Shown here piece by piece: positions 9,960 to 20,200 of a DNA stretch of 45,270 nucleotides; the first letter of the stretch is position 1, and each line of letters starts with the position of its first letter. The position numbers and the translations under genes are program-made. Origin of the DNA: Escherichia phage Ioannina; sequence record OQ589852.1. One strand, written 5' to 3'. The notes below the pieces were generated by a model that was not told the origin of the DNA, searched no databases, and saw nothing but the letters and a program-made list of their open reading frames with translations.

Positions 9960-10685
9960 ATGGGTTATCAACTTCCTAACGGGTCCAGCGTCCAAATCGG
10001 GTCCGTACAGGGTGCAGGCATCGCAGTTACGGCAGCGTCGAACGCGGCGGCATCTATCAGCGACCTGACTCAAGGTTGCGTAATCACCTGCGCCGCTTCA
10101 CATGGTCTGGCGGTTGGCGACGTGGTTATGTTCACGAAATCCCCGTGGGTCCGTGCGCTTAACCAGGCTTTCATCGTGGGTAAAGTAGACACCAACGACG
10201 TGACGCTGGCGCGCTTCGACACGTCTGATACGACTAAGTATCCGAACGGTGCGTTCCAGGCAGGCACACCGGGTGAGGTCGTGAAGATTTCGAGCTTTAT
10301 CGACTTCCCGTTTATCACCAACGTTGCCGTGTCCGGTGGCGACCAGCAGACGACGACCTTCCAGCCGTTGCAGGTGAATACCGCGATCAGTCTGAACACC
10401 ACGAAAAACCCGTTGGTACAGACCTATACCTTCACCCACGACGAAGAAGACCCGATCCGTCCGATTCTGGAAGACCTGGACGACACGCAGAAGACAACGG
10501 TAATTAAGTTCACTAACCCGGCAGCGTCCAGCGGTAAAGGTGAAATCCGTATCTATGCGGCTAAGGTGTCCTTCCAGAAGATTCCGTCTGCGGAAGTAAA
10601 CAACGTCGAAACGGTACAATCCACTCTGACCATGCAGTCGGAAATGATGATTTACCGCAAAGACCTTGTTGAAGCCTTATCCTGA
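9960..10685 (+). CDS. major tail (tube) protein
   Basis: 241 aa, Ser/Thr/Val-rich beta-type composition; followed by attenuator hairpin and the G/GT chaperone pair. Confidence 0.65.
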   Translation: MGYQLPNGSSVQIGSVQGAGIAVTAASNAAASISDLTQGCVITCAASHGLAVGDVVMFTKSPWVRALNQAFIVGKVDTNDVTLARFDTSDTTKYPNGAFQAGTPGEVVKISSFIDFPFITNVAVSGGDQQTTTFQPLQVNTAISLNTTKNPLVQTYTFTHDEEDPIRPILEDLDDTQKTTVIKFTNPAASSGKGEIRIYAAKVSFQKIPSAEVNNVETVQSTLTMQSEMMIYRKDLVEALS

Positions 10686-10717
10686 TTTGGTCGGGTAAAT
10701 GGCGAGTGTTAACATTG

Positions 10718-10742
10718 GGGGCGTAAGCCCCCTTTTTAATGG
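10718..10742 (+). terminator. attenuator hairpin after major tail gene
   Basis: GGGGGCGTAAGCCCCC followed by TTTTT. Confidence 0.5.
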
Positions 10743-10752
10743 AGAGAATATC

Positions 10753-11115
10753 ATGGCTAAACAATCCCTTTTCACCCTCGACCCAAAACCGACTTTCAAG
10801 CTGCCTATTGAAATCCCGCGTCCGGGCGAGAAAGAGCCGGGTAAGCTGACTTTCACCGTCCGCCACCGTCCGATCGACGAGTTCTCGCAGACCATGCAGG
10901 AGACTGAACGCAAGCTGTCAGAGTATGACCAGAATGACCCGGACGGCTTTAACGTTATGGTCGAGGCCATCATGCATGTGGCTGAAGGCTGGAATCTGCC
11001 GGATGAGTTCACTGAAGAGAACGTACGCCGCCTGGTGGTGAACTATCCGCGTGCGTTCGGCGTGTTCCATACGTCGTACTATCTCGAATTGATGGGCTTG
11101 CGTGAAAAAAACTAA
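10753..11115 (+). CDS. tail assembly chaperone (lambda gpG-like)
   Basis: About 120 aa from MAKQSLF with GGAGAG RBS; ends just after an A-AAA-AAC slippery heptamer; lies between major tail and tape measure genes. Confidence 0.65.
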   Translation: MAKQSLFTLDPKPTFKLPIEIPRPGEKEPGKLTFTVRHRPIDEFSQTMQETERKLSEYDQNDPDGFNVMVEAIMHVAEGWNLPDEFTEENVRRLVVNYPRAFGVFHTSYYLELMGLREKN

Positions 11116-11429
11116 TTGAGGCGGCGCGACGCTTCTATGGTCCGCCGCCACCGTCCGAAGACCTTGCCGCTAGTTTATGGGGTGCGGCCCCCGAAGATAT
11201 TTGTCCGCCAGTTGCATTATGGCCTGATAACGTACAGGTCGTTGCCGTTTTCACTGACTGCTCAACGCAGTGGCGCACCGGTTTTAACGGCGCATACGGC
11301 ATCGACTACGGCGTGCTGGAATGGCTATTTAAAATGCACGGCATCGAAAATGAGAAGCGAGCTTTTAAAGATATCAAGTTAATGGAGCGTATTGCACTCG
11401 ACGAAATTGCAGCACAACAGGCCGGGTAA
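10753..11429 (+). CDS. tail assembly chaperone GT fusion (via -1 frameshift)
   Basis: G frame joined to the -1 frame at the slippery site; the extension is not the track ORF 11116..11382, which is in another frame. Confidence 0.5.
11106..11112 (+). other. -1 programmed ribosomal frameshift slippery site (A AAA AAC)
   Basis: Heptamer sits three codons before the G stop; the -1 frame beyond it stays open for about 105 codons of protein-like sequence (…AYGIDYGVLEWLFKMHGIENEKRAFKDIKLMERIALDEIAAQQAG) ending near 11429. Confidence 0.6.
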
Positions 11430-11440
11430 TTCCGGCCTTT

Positions 11441-11770
11441 TTCATAGCGGGACAGCGGGACGTCCCGTTTTTATCCCGCTGTCCCGCCCAGCCAAAAACT
11501 GCATACCTATTCAGAAATACTGCATAAAACCAAAACGGGACAAAAACGGGACAAGCAGGACGTCCCGCCTCAAAAGTGCATATCTATGCAGTTTTCGTGC
11601 ATAAAACGAACGGGACAAAAACGGGACAAATTGCAAGCGGGACAGAGCGGGACGTCCCGCCGTCCCTGCCAGAGCTGCCGCGGGTTTCAGCCGATCGGGA
11701 CAGGCGGGACAAAGCCCAGTCTTTCAGACTAGACGGGGGTCAATGGCCCCCTCCGTCTGAGACTGAATAA
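11441..11770. repeat. GGGACA iteron-like array plus conserved hairpin, copy 1
   Basis: At least ten CGGGACA/GCGGGACA units in both orientations, GGGACGTCCC palindromes, TGCATAAAAC boxes and the inverted repeat CAGTCTTTCAGACTAGACGGGGG…CCCCCTCCGTCTGAGACTG; about 180 bp nearly identical to 40205-40380. Confidence 0.8.
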
Positions 11771-11832
11771 GGTTGGTTGCAAAATGACTGATACAATACA
11801 AACGGCAACTTGCATAAAAAGGGGACTGCATA

Positions 11833-14475
11833 ATGGCAGATCAAGCGGCAGGCATCACGCTAAAGGCGGATGTTGCACAAATCAGAACGGCGAATACTGT
11901 GCTTGATTCATTCGCACAGAAATCAGAGAACACAGAAAACAAGGTTAAGAAATTAAACAACACCCTCGGCAACTCTAAAAAGGTGACGAGTGATGCCGCT
12001 GGCGGAATGGAAAAGCTGGCGAACGAATCGCATCGAGCAGCCGATGGCATGACGAAACAGGAGCGACTCGCCAACCGGTTAGGCATGTCGACCAAAAACC
12101 TGGGCTTTGCCTCGCGTAACGCCGCATTCCAGTTACAGGATATAGCGGTTACGCTTGAGATGGGTATGCCGGTGCACCGCGTCATGCTTCAGCAGTTACC
12201 ACAGCTTACTGGGGCGTTCGGTGGGTTTGGTAACACGCTGCGTTATGTTGCTGGCTTCCTCGGCCCAGTAGGGATCGGAATTGCAGCACTAACGGCAACG
12301 TTAGGCGTAGGGGTGGCAATTACGTCACGTGCCGAAAACCAGGTAGCAGCGCTTAACAAGACGCTGGCGCTATCCGGTAACATTTCCGGCCTAACTGCAA
12401 ACCAGATCCTGGTGCTATCCGAGAACGCCGAGCGCATGGGCGGGTCGTTCCGCAAGACGCGTGACACAATCCAGGCGCTGGCGGCGGCGGGTGTGAAAGC
12501 GGGTGCAGACTTCGGCACGCTGGCGAAAGTGGTGAATGATTTTGCGAAGGCGTCCAGCCAGCCGATCGAGGATGTGGTCGCGGCGGTGGCGAAGCTGTCT
12601 ACCGACCCGGTAGGTGGCTTGCGAGCATTGGCTGATAAGTATCACGTCGTAAACGAAGCGCAGATCCAGCAGGTGCAGTCACTAGTGACGGCTGGTCGCG
12701 AAACCGAAGCGGTGGCGCTGGCTAACAAAACAGCCGCAGCGTCGTTTACCACTATGACCAATGAGATCAAGTCCAACATGGGTACGCTTGAGCGGTCGAT
12801 GAACGTCGTTACATCGGCAGCTAAATCTATGTGGGATGCCATCCTGGATGTTGGACGCGCGCAGTCCTCGAATGAGTCAGAGATGAAAGCGCGTGAATCA
12901 TTGCAGCGACTGACCACGGCTTACTATGCCGAGATGAAAGCGGTAAACGCTGCCGGTGGGGTGATGACCGAAGCGCAGAAATCGCGTATTAACATGCTTT
13001 ACAGCGAACTGGTCGCCCAGGAGAAGGTGGTGGCGTCGCTCACCCTGCGCAACCGTGCCGAGCGGGACAACGCCAGCGCCGCGGACGCAGCAGCAAAGGC
13101 GAACGAAGAGGCAAACCGCACCGCCCGCGACCGCGCTGCGTTTGAGAAGGAGTACGCAACCAACGCGAAGAGGCGCGCCGACGAGATCGCCCGCCTCAAT
13201 TTGCTTAATAAGCGCGGCGTGATTGACGAGAAAGAGCTTGCCGAGGCGGTGAAGCAGGTAAACGAGCGTTACAAAGACCCCGCCCCGAAGAAGGCCGCCG
13301 CTGTTCGAGTCGATGCCGGGCTGAAAATGCTGGAAGTAGCACGGAGCGAACTGGCACAGCTTCGTGAGTCTGGAAAGCAGATCGAAGCCAACTCCTCGAC
13401 GCAGACCCGAACGCAACGCGCGCAAGCGGCCCTGAACAAGCTGATCGCGGATAATGAGCAGTTAATCGCCGCAAGCAAAGAAAGAGCACTAACGGCAGCC
13501 GAAAAGCAGCAGATGGTCGAATTCGGACGCGTGAAGGAAGTACGCGAGCAGATCGTCGAAGAAGCCAAATTGCTGGACGCGAAAGAGAAGCAGGTCAAGG
13601 CGCACGTGCAGATCGACGCCTTCGTTAAGAACCAGAACGCCGAGCTAAAAGCCACCGCGGCGGGCTATGCGCTTTCCACTCGCGAAGCGGCAAACCTGCG
13701 TGAAGAATTGCAGCTAATTGACCGCCTGAAGCGGGTGGGCGCTAGTGATACCGATATTGATCTGGCGGTGTCTAAACTGCGCGAAGTGCAGGAAGCACAG
13801 ACCGGTGCTAACGCCTCACTATGGGATGGATTCAGCCGTGGGCTTAAGGATAGCGTGGATGAAATGGGTAACGGCTATACGCAGATGGTATCGGCAACGA
13901 AATTTACATTCGGCGCTATGATGGACACGATGAATGAATTTTTCGAGACTGGTAAATTCAACGCGAAGGAAATGATTAAATCCATCCTGAGCGAATTTAT
14001 CAAGCTGGCTACCTCGCAGGCGTTCAAGTCCGTAATCAACGCATTCGGCGGTGACGGTGGGAAGAATGGTCTGTTCGGGGCAATCTTCTCCGGTCTGACG
14101 AAGAATGCCGACGGAGGAGCGTACGCTGGCGGCAACCTGTCCGCATATTCCGGTCAGATCGTAAGCCAGCCAACCTTTTTCAATTACGGCGTTAAGGCGT
14201 TCGCTAACGGCGCGGGATTGATGGGTGAGGCTGGGCCGGAGGCCATCATGCCGCTGAAGCGCGGGCCGGACGGTAAACTGGGCGTTGCCGCAAGTGGGGC
14301 TGGTGGTGGAATCGTCGTGACAACGAACGTGAACATGGGTACAGGGCAGGCTTACACCAGCGTTAAAGGGACCGACCCGCGAATGGGGCAGGTATTCGGC
14401 AAGCAGATCACGGAAGCGGTTAAGGCCGAAATCGTGAAAGCGACTAAACCAGGTGGAGTACTTTACAAACGATGA
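11833..14475 (+). CDS. tail tape measure protein
   Basis: 880 aa, long Ala/Gln/Glu-rich coiled coil, Gly-rich C-terminal part; downstream of G/GT. Confidence 0.9.
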   Translation: MADQAAGITLKADVAQIRTANTVLDSFAQKSENTENKVKKLNNTLGNSKKVTSDAAGGMEKLANESHRAADGMTKQERLANRLGMSTKNLGFASRNAAFQLQDIAVTLEMGMPVHRVMLQQLPQLTGAFGGFGNTLRYVAGFLGPVGIGIAALTATLGVGVAITSRAENQVAALNKTLALSGNISGLTANQILVLSENAERMGGSFRKTRDTIQALAAAGVKAGADFGTLAKVVNDFAKASSQPIEDVVAAVAKLSTDPVGGLRALADKYHVVNEAQIQQVQSLVTAGRETEAVALANKTAAASFTTMTNEIKSNMGTLERSMNVVTSAAKSMWDAILDVGRAQSSNESEMKARESLQRLTTAYYAEMKAVNAAGGVMTEAQKSRINMLYSELVAQEKVVASLTLRNRAERDNASAADAAAKANEEANRTARDRAAFEKEYATNAKRRADEIARLNLLNKRGVIDEKELAEAVKQVNERYKDPAPKKAAAVRVDAGLKMLEVARSELAQLRESGKQIEANSSTQTRTQRAQAALNKLIADNEQLIAASKERALTAAEKQQMVEFGRVKEVREQIVEEAKLLDAKEKQVKAHVQIDAFVKNQNAELKATAAGYALSTREAANLREELQLIDRLKRVGASDTDIDLAVSKLREVQEAQTGANASLWDGFSRGLKDSVDEMGNGYTQMVSATKFTFGAMMDTMNEFFETGKFNAKEMIKSILSEFIKLATSQAFKSVINAFGGDGGKNGLFGAIFSGLTKNADGGAYAGGNLSAYSGQIVSQPTFFNYGVKAFANGAGLMGEAGPEAIMPLKRGPDGKLGVAASGAGGGIVVTTNVNMGTGQAYTSVKGTDPRMGQVFGKQITEAVKAEIVKATKPGGVLYKR

Positions 14476-14480
14476 TAAAA

Positions 14481-14510
14481 TGGCCCTCACACACAACGTG
14501 AGGGCTTTTT
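14481..14510 (+). terminator. rho-independent terminator
   Basis: GCCCTCAC-loop-GTGAGGGC followed by TTTTTT. Confidence 0.65.
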
Positions 14511-14511
14511 T

Positions 14512-15111
14512 ATGGCACAAGGTACAATCACAGTGACGAATGGTAGTAAGACCGTCACAGGCGCGGGCACAGCGTTTTTAAGCGCATTGGGTAAGGTATT
14601 CGTGCTGGCCACCATCGACGGCAACGACTACATTGCTAAAATCGCGTCATTCAACTCTAACACTTCAATCACACTGGTGGACAATTGGCCCGGACCGACT
14701 AAATCCGGCGCTGCATACGACTTGATTGAGGCGCACGACCAGCGGGCTAATGAGTGGCCCTACTATTGGCATATGCAATTGCAAGGCGGTGGCGACGTGC
14801 AGTTATCATTCCGCACCGAAGAATTGCAATTTGGCAACGGGTACGGGCAGAACATCTCAGATGGGCCGAACGCCGAGACGAAACAATTCCCGATCCAGTT
14901 TGTAGGCTTGACTAACGACAAGTGGAATAACCCTAAGCTGGTCTATAACTTCCTGCGCGCGCATTTTGTAAAGCCGTTTATTGTCACCGCGCCGGATGGG
15001 GAGAAGGGGCTTTACGTTGTAGAGCGGTCGAGCTTGTCGTACACTGACAACGGACACTATACGGCAACCGTATCAGCGACACTTAAAACAGCAATTGGAT
15101 TCGTGCAATGA
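14512..15111 (+). CDS. minor tail protein (gpM position) with fiber-like N-terminal module
   Basis: 199 aa, first gene after tape measure; N-terminus MAQGTITVTNGSKTVTGAGTAF closely resembles the N-terminus of the tail fiber at 21992. Confidence 0.55.
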   Translation: MAQGTITVTNGSKTVTGAGTAFLSALGKVFVLATIDGNDYIAKIASFNSNTSITLVDNWPGPTKSGAAYDLIEAHDQRANEWPYYWHMQLQGGGDVQLSFRTEELQFGNGYGQNISDGPNAETKQFPIQFVGLTNDKWNNPKLVYNFLRAHFVKPFIVTAPDGEKGLYVVERSSLSYTDNGHYTATVSATLKTAIGFVQ

Positions 15112-15896
15112 ATAAACTTTACCGTGAGGCAACGCGCTTCGACCCGTCCGGGCGCGTTCGACTGATTCACATTGATGCGCAGGACGTCGATCCTGGCGAC
15201 GGCGCTATCGGGGCAGGACACCACTATTTCCACTACTGCTTTATCCCACACACCGCGGAAGATATTGCCGCTGCCGGTGGGGATGAGTCGAAGCTGAAGC
15301 CTAAATCTCTGTTCTTTGACGGACAGGAGTATGAATTTTGGCCCTTTGATTTAACCGGCCTTAATTTCTCCACCTCAACGGCGGCAGATCCGCAGCTAAC
15401 TATCGTCGATATTGGCGGCGTTATCACTCGCCTGTCACTGAATCACGACCAGCTACTGGGCGCAAAGGTTGAGGTTATCGACACGTTTGCGAAGTTCCTG
15501 GACCACGGCGAAGATCCAGACCCAACACAAAAACGCGTACAGGAGTTTTACATTGATTCGCAGGTTGGTCGCAATCCGGGTAGACAAATTACGTTTGCGC
15601 TTTCCTCGCCTGCGGATATGGAAGGGCAGGTGGTCCCGCGCCGCCAGATCATGAATATGTGCGAGTGGGCGCTTAATGGCAAATACGCCAGCGGGGACGG
15701 GTGTACGTGGAATCTGGCGGCCCCCGGCATCAAGTATTACGACGAGCGGGGCAACGAAGTCATAGCGATGAACATGGACCGCTGCGGTGGCTGTTTGTCA
15801 GACTGTTATCTTCGTTTTGGTCAGGGGCTGGCTGACCCTAAATCGGCAGTGCTGGACTTCGGCGGCTTCCCCGGATCTAAACTTATCAAGGGGTAA
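15108..15896 (+). CDS. minor tail protein L-like
   Basis: 262 aa; C-terminal Cys cluster (RCGGCLSDCY) as in lambda gpL; synteny M-L-K-I-J. Confidence 0.65.
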   Translation: MNKLYREATRFDPSGRVRLIHIDAQDVDPGDGAIGAGHHYFHYCFIPHTAEDIAAAGGDESKLKPKSLFFDGQEYEFWPFDLTGLNFSTSTAADPQLTIVDIGGVITRLSLNHDQLLGAKVEVIDTFAKFLDHGEDPDPTQKRVQEFYIDSQVGRNPGRQITFALSSPADMEGQVVPRRQIMNMCEWALNGKYASGDGCTWNLAAPGIKYYDERGNEVIAMNMDRCGGCLSDCYLRFGQGLADPKSAVLDFGGFPGSKLIKG

Positions 15897-15898
15897 TC

Positions 15899-16639
15899 AT
15901 GTTAACTAAGAAAGTGAGAAGTGAGATTACCGCTCATGTCGCGTCTTGTCTGCCTGAAGAGGCCTGCGGGCTTGTCGTCATGGTCGGGCGCAAGCAGGTT
16001 TTCGTACCCTGCCTGAACGTGTTCGAAGACCCCACCGGCGCGCGCACCAGGAAAGACGCATTCACTATCAGTGATATGGCATGGATGGATGCCGAAGATA
16101 TGGGCGAAGTCGTACGCGTGGTGCACTCGCACCCCGGACAGCGCGAACTAACACCATCGTTAGGCGACGTCAACGGATGCAACGGCAGCGGCATTACCTG
16201 GACCATCGTTAACGAGTTTGGCGACCTTATCGAGATAGACCCGGAAGACCCGCCGCTGGTAGGCCGCCGTTTTGTGCTGGGTATTACTGACTGCTACGGC
16301 CTCGTCATGGACTGGCACAAGAAGAATGGCGTAAACCTGCCGGACTTCCGCGTGCCGTATAACTGGTGGGAGAGCGGGGAGAATCTCTACATGGACAACT
16401 GGTATAGCGCCGGTTTCCGTGAATGCGCTGAGAACACCCCAGGCGCAATGGTCATCATGCAGATTAGCTCCGAGGTGCCAAACCACGCAGGGATCTACCT
16501 TCCGGGCGACCAACTGCTACACCACATCTACGGCAGCTTGTCCAGTGTTATCCCGTTCCGGGCAGGCTTTTTCCGTGAAAATGTGGTTAAATGGGTAAGA
16601 CACAAAGACCTACCGGAGAAAATTGCGATATGGCAATGA
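15899..16639 (+). CDS. tail assembly protein K-like (JAMM/MPN plus NlpC/P60-like)
   Basis: 246 aa; HSHPG JAMM-type metal motif; position between L-like and I-like genes. Confidence 0.7.
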   Translation: MLTKKVRSEITAHVASCLPEEACGLVVMVGRKQVFVPCLNVFEDPTGARTRKDAFTISDMAWMDAEDMGEVVRVVHSHPGQRELTPSLGDVNGCNGSGITWTIVNEFGDLIEIDPEDPPLVGRRFVLGITDCYGLVMDWHKKNGVNLPDFRVPYNWWESGENLYMDNWYSAGFRECAENTPGAMVIMQISSEVPNHAGIYLPGDQLLHHIYGSLSSVIPFRAGFFRENVVKWVRHKDLPEKIAIWQ

Positions 16640-17247
16640 CCACGTTTAAATTATACGGCGTCTTAGGACGCCGTTTTGGTAAAGAGCATAAGCTGGACTG
16701 TTTCACACCAGGCGAGGGAATTACCGGTCTGTGTGTGAAATTGCCCGGCTTACAGGAATTTTTAATGTCTGCGCACCTGGACAATATGATGTTCAAAGTG
16801 CGTAAAGGCGGCCACACAATGGGAAGCACCGATGAACTGGGCGAATCCCACGGCAACCGCGTCATTACCATCGCGCCAGTTATGACGGGTGCAAAAAGCG
16901 GCTTAGGCCAATTGCTGGCTGGCGTGGCTATCGTAGTAGCCTCGTTCTATACGGGTGGTCTTGCAACTGCCGCTTTCGGAGCTTCCGCCGCCACCGCTGC
17001 CGCGATCGGGACCGCCACATTCTCATTCGGTATGTCAATGGCGCTGGGTGGTGTTATGCAGCTACTATCACCGCAACCGAAAGGATTGCAGACACGCCAG
17101 GATGTTGATAACAAAGCATCGTACGCGTTCGGCGGGCCAGTAAACACGACTGCGCAAGGGACCGCACTTGGTGTATTATGGGGCGAGCGTGAGATCGGCG
17201 GCGCTATTATTTCTGCCGGTATCGTAACTGAGGATTTACACGAATGA
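16591..17247 (+). CDS. tail assembly protein I-like
   Basis: Gly/Ala-rich hydrophobic C-terminal half; overlaps the K-like gene; the true start may be the downstream Met (MAMTTFKLYG). Confidence 0.55.
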   Translation: MGKTQRPTGENCDMAMTTFKLYGVLGRRFGKEHKLDCFTPGEGITGLCVKLPGLQEFLMSAHLDNMMFKVRKGGHTMGSTDELGESHGNRVITIAPVMTGAKSGLGQLLAGVAIVVASFYTGGLATAAFGASAATAAAIGTATFSFGMSMALGGVMQLLSPQPKGLQTRQDVDNKASYAFGGPVNTTAQGTALGVLWGEREIGGAIISAGIVTEDLHE

Positions 17248-20200
17248 CTATCGTCTATTCCGTAACGGGCCATAAGGGCGGTGGCGGGAAACAGCATACC
17301 CCGCAAGAAACACCCGACAGCCTGCACTCGCTGGCTAAAATCCGCATTCTGCTAGCACTGGGAGAAGGGGAATTTGAAGGAATCCCGTCGGCAGCCGAGC
17401 TACGCAAGCGTGTCTATCTGGACGGCACGCCGATCATGAACGAGGATAACTCGGAAAACTTCCCTGGCGCGCGCGTTGAGTTCCGCCCTGGCACACAGCA
17501 CCAGGACGTGATTCACGGATTTTCAGCCGTGGAAAGCGAGTCGTCGGTAAACGTCAAGCTGGAGCAGGGCGCACCGTGGGTACGTCAAATCACCGACACC
17601 AGTCTGGACGCGGTGCGCATTCGTATTGGCATTCCTGCGTTGTACACCAACGAAGATAACGGCGACCTGGTTGGTGGGCGTATCGACTATAAGATCGTGG
17701 TGTACACCGACAACGCCGATCCGCGTGAGTTTGCATTCGCTGCCGTTGGTAAAACAATGTCGCTGTATGAGCGCGACCACCGCATCGAATTACCGTCGAA
17801 CGTTAACACCGGCTGGCGCGTCGAAGTGCACCGCATCACCGCAGACTCCACCTCGGCGAAAGTGGTAAACGATATTCGCGTACAATCTATCACCGAGATA
17901 ATCGACGCCCGTTTGCGCTACCCGCTAACCGCGTTGCTGTTCGTTGAGTTTGATGCGAAGGCTTTCCAGGATATCCCGCGCGTGTCTATCAAGTGCAAAG
18001 GCCGCAAAGTGCTGATCCCGACCAACTACGACCCGATCGCACATACCTATAGCGGCGACTGGGACGGCACTTTCAAGCGTGCATGGACGGATAACCCTGC
18101 GTGGCACTGGTACGATATTTGTATTACGGAACGCTTCGGCCTCGGTCGTCGCATCAAGCCGCAGATGCTAAACCGCTATGCGCTTTACCAGATTGCACAA
18201 CGCTGCGATCAGATGGTTAGTGACGGCAACGGCGGACAAGAAATACGGTTTAAGAATGATATGTACATACAGTCGCAGACCGACGCATGGACCGTTCTGA
18301 AGGACTTAGCCGCCATCTTCGCCGGAATGACCTGGTGGGGCAATCAGATGCTGAATATTGTCAGTGACCAACCAGTCGCTGCGGTTTCGCACACCATTAC
18401 GAATGCCTCCGTTATTGATGGGCGATTCGATTATGCGTCTGGCAGCCAGAAGACTCGCTATTCAACATTCGCGGTGGCATACGGCAATCCGGCTAACCAC
18501 TACGATGACGCAATCGCAACGGGCCAGCGCGTGGAACTGGTGCGCCGCCACAAGATTAACCGCCTTGATATTACGGCGATCGGCTGTACGCGTGAATCTG
18601 AAGCGCAACGCCGCGGTCACTGGGCGCTTATTTCAAACCAGCTTGACCAGCAGGTTAGCTTTAAAGTAGGTATGGAAGGTCTGTTCTTCATTCCGGGGAG
18701 CGTGGTCGCTATCGCCGACACCAACATTTCCGGCGGTTTCGAGATTCGCGGCGGTCGCTTACTGGAAGACCCAGGCACGCGCACGGTGCTTAACACAGAC
18801 GAAGAAATCACATTCCGCCCAGGTGATAAATTCCTGGTGCGCACTGCGAACGGTAGTGTCGAGACTCGCGCAATATCAAGCGTCAACGGCAACAAGGTTA
18901 CGTTATCCAGTGCCCTGGACGCAGACCCGATCCCGTTCCAGCCGTTTTGCGTCGACGGTGATGATATTCAGGTGCAGAAGTTCCGCATCACCGATCTGGA
19001 GTATGACGACGCAACCAGCACTTTCTCGGTGCGCGGGATTGAGTACAACGACAGCAAATATGATGCCGTTGATAATGGCGCTCGTCTTGATCCTGGCATC
19101 TTTACGCAAATGCCGGACGGTGTGCTGAAGGGGCCGGAATCCGTAACCATTACCCCGTCGCAGATTTCAAGCCAGGGTCAGTTAATCACCAACGTGGATA
19201 TTGTCTTTCCACCGGTGAAAAATGCCGTTGTATATGAAATCCAGTGGCGAAGGACCAGCCTTCAGAATATGGCGTTGCAGTGGGGTAACGACTGGGTAAA
19301 CTTGCCGCGTACGCCGTCGAACGGTGCACACATCCCCAACGTGTTCTCCGGTAACTACCAGGCGCGCGTCCGCGCAATCGGTATGGGTGAAATCTCATCC
19401 CCGTGGGTAGAGTCTGCCATCACGCCGATCGAGGGTCGTTTAGGTGGGCTGAATGCGCCAATCATTACGGCGGCAGTTTCCGGTTTGCATCAGATCTTGT
19501 GGAAGTGGAATCACAACAACGCTGCGACCGATATTTCATACACAGAGCTTGAAGTGCGCAAGCCAGGGACTGAAGAGTGGCACTTCCTCACTAACGTGCC
19601 GTACCCAGGCGCGGAGTACGCGCAGACTTCGCTTGAGTTCGGGATTTACCAGCAGTTGCGAGCGCGCGTAGCAGATAAAATCGGCAACCTGTCCGATTGG
19701 TCCGCACCGTTTGAAGGCCAGGTGAGCGATAAAGTTGACGACTACATGAAGGGACTCGACGATGAGTTTCTTACTTCTGAAGACGGCAAGCACTTCCAGG
19801 AACAGATCGACACGTTCCCGCAAGGCATTTACGAGTCAATGCTTACGGACGCGCAGCAGTTGCTTAACGCACGTGCCGAGTATCAAGGTATTTACGCCGA
19901 GATCAAAGTGGCCTATAACGTTGCTGCCGATGCGCACCAGGCGGTCGCTGAACTGGAAACGCTGATCGGCACGCGCCTTGATGATGCGGAAGCCGCAATC
20001 CATACGCTACAGACTGCGCAGAGCACACACGAACAGGCGTTCGCTCAGTACCAGCAAACGGTGTCAGCTAAGTTTGGCGATCAGGAAGCCGCAATCCAGT
20101 CAGTGCAAACGGCAACGAGTGATGTAGCCAGCGCTCTGGCGACCTACAAAACACAGGTAGCCGCGCAGTTCGGGCAACAGTCCGCCGCGATCGAGCAGAA

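Noticed and set aside
11116-11382. Track ORF of 88 aa downstream of the G chaperone
   Set aside because: It is in the zero frame after the G stop and reads as basic low-quality sequence; the protein-like extension is in the -1 frame reached through the A-AAA-AAC slippery site.
11441-11770. CRISPR array as an explanation for the GGGACA repeats
   Set aside because: Units are 7-8 bp with irregular spacing and mixed orientation, with no uniform repeat-spacer periodicity and no cas genes; the second copy is collinear, as expected of a duplicated regulatory or origin module.
12898-14520. Long minus-strand ORFs inside the tape measure gene (175, 233 aa and others)
   Set aside because: Antisense shadow ORFs of a long GC-rich coding region; the 880-aa plus-strand reading is the protein-like one.
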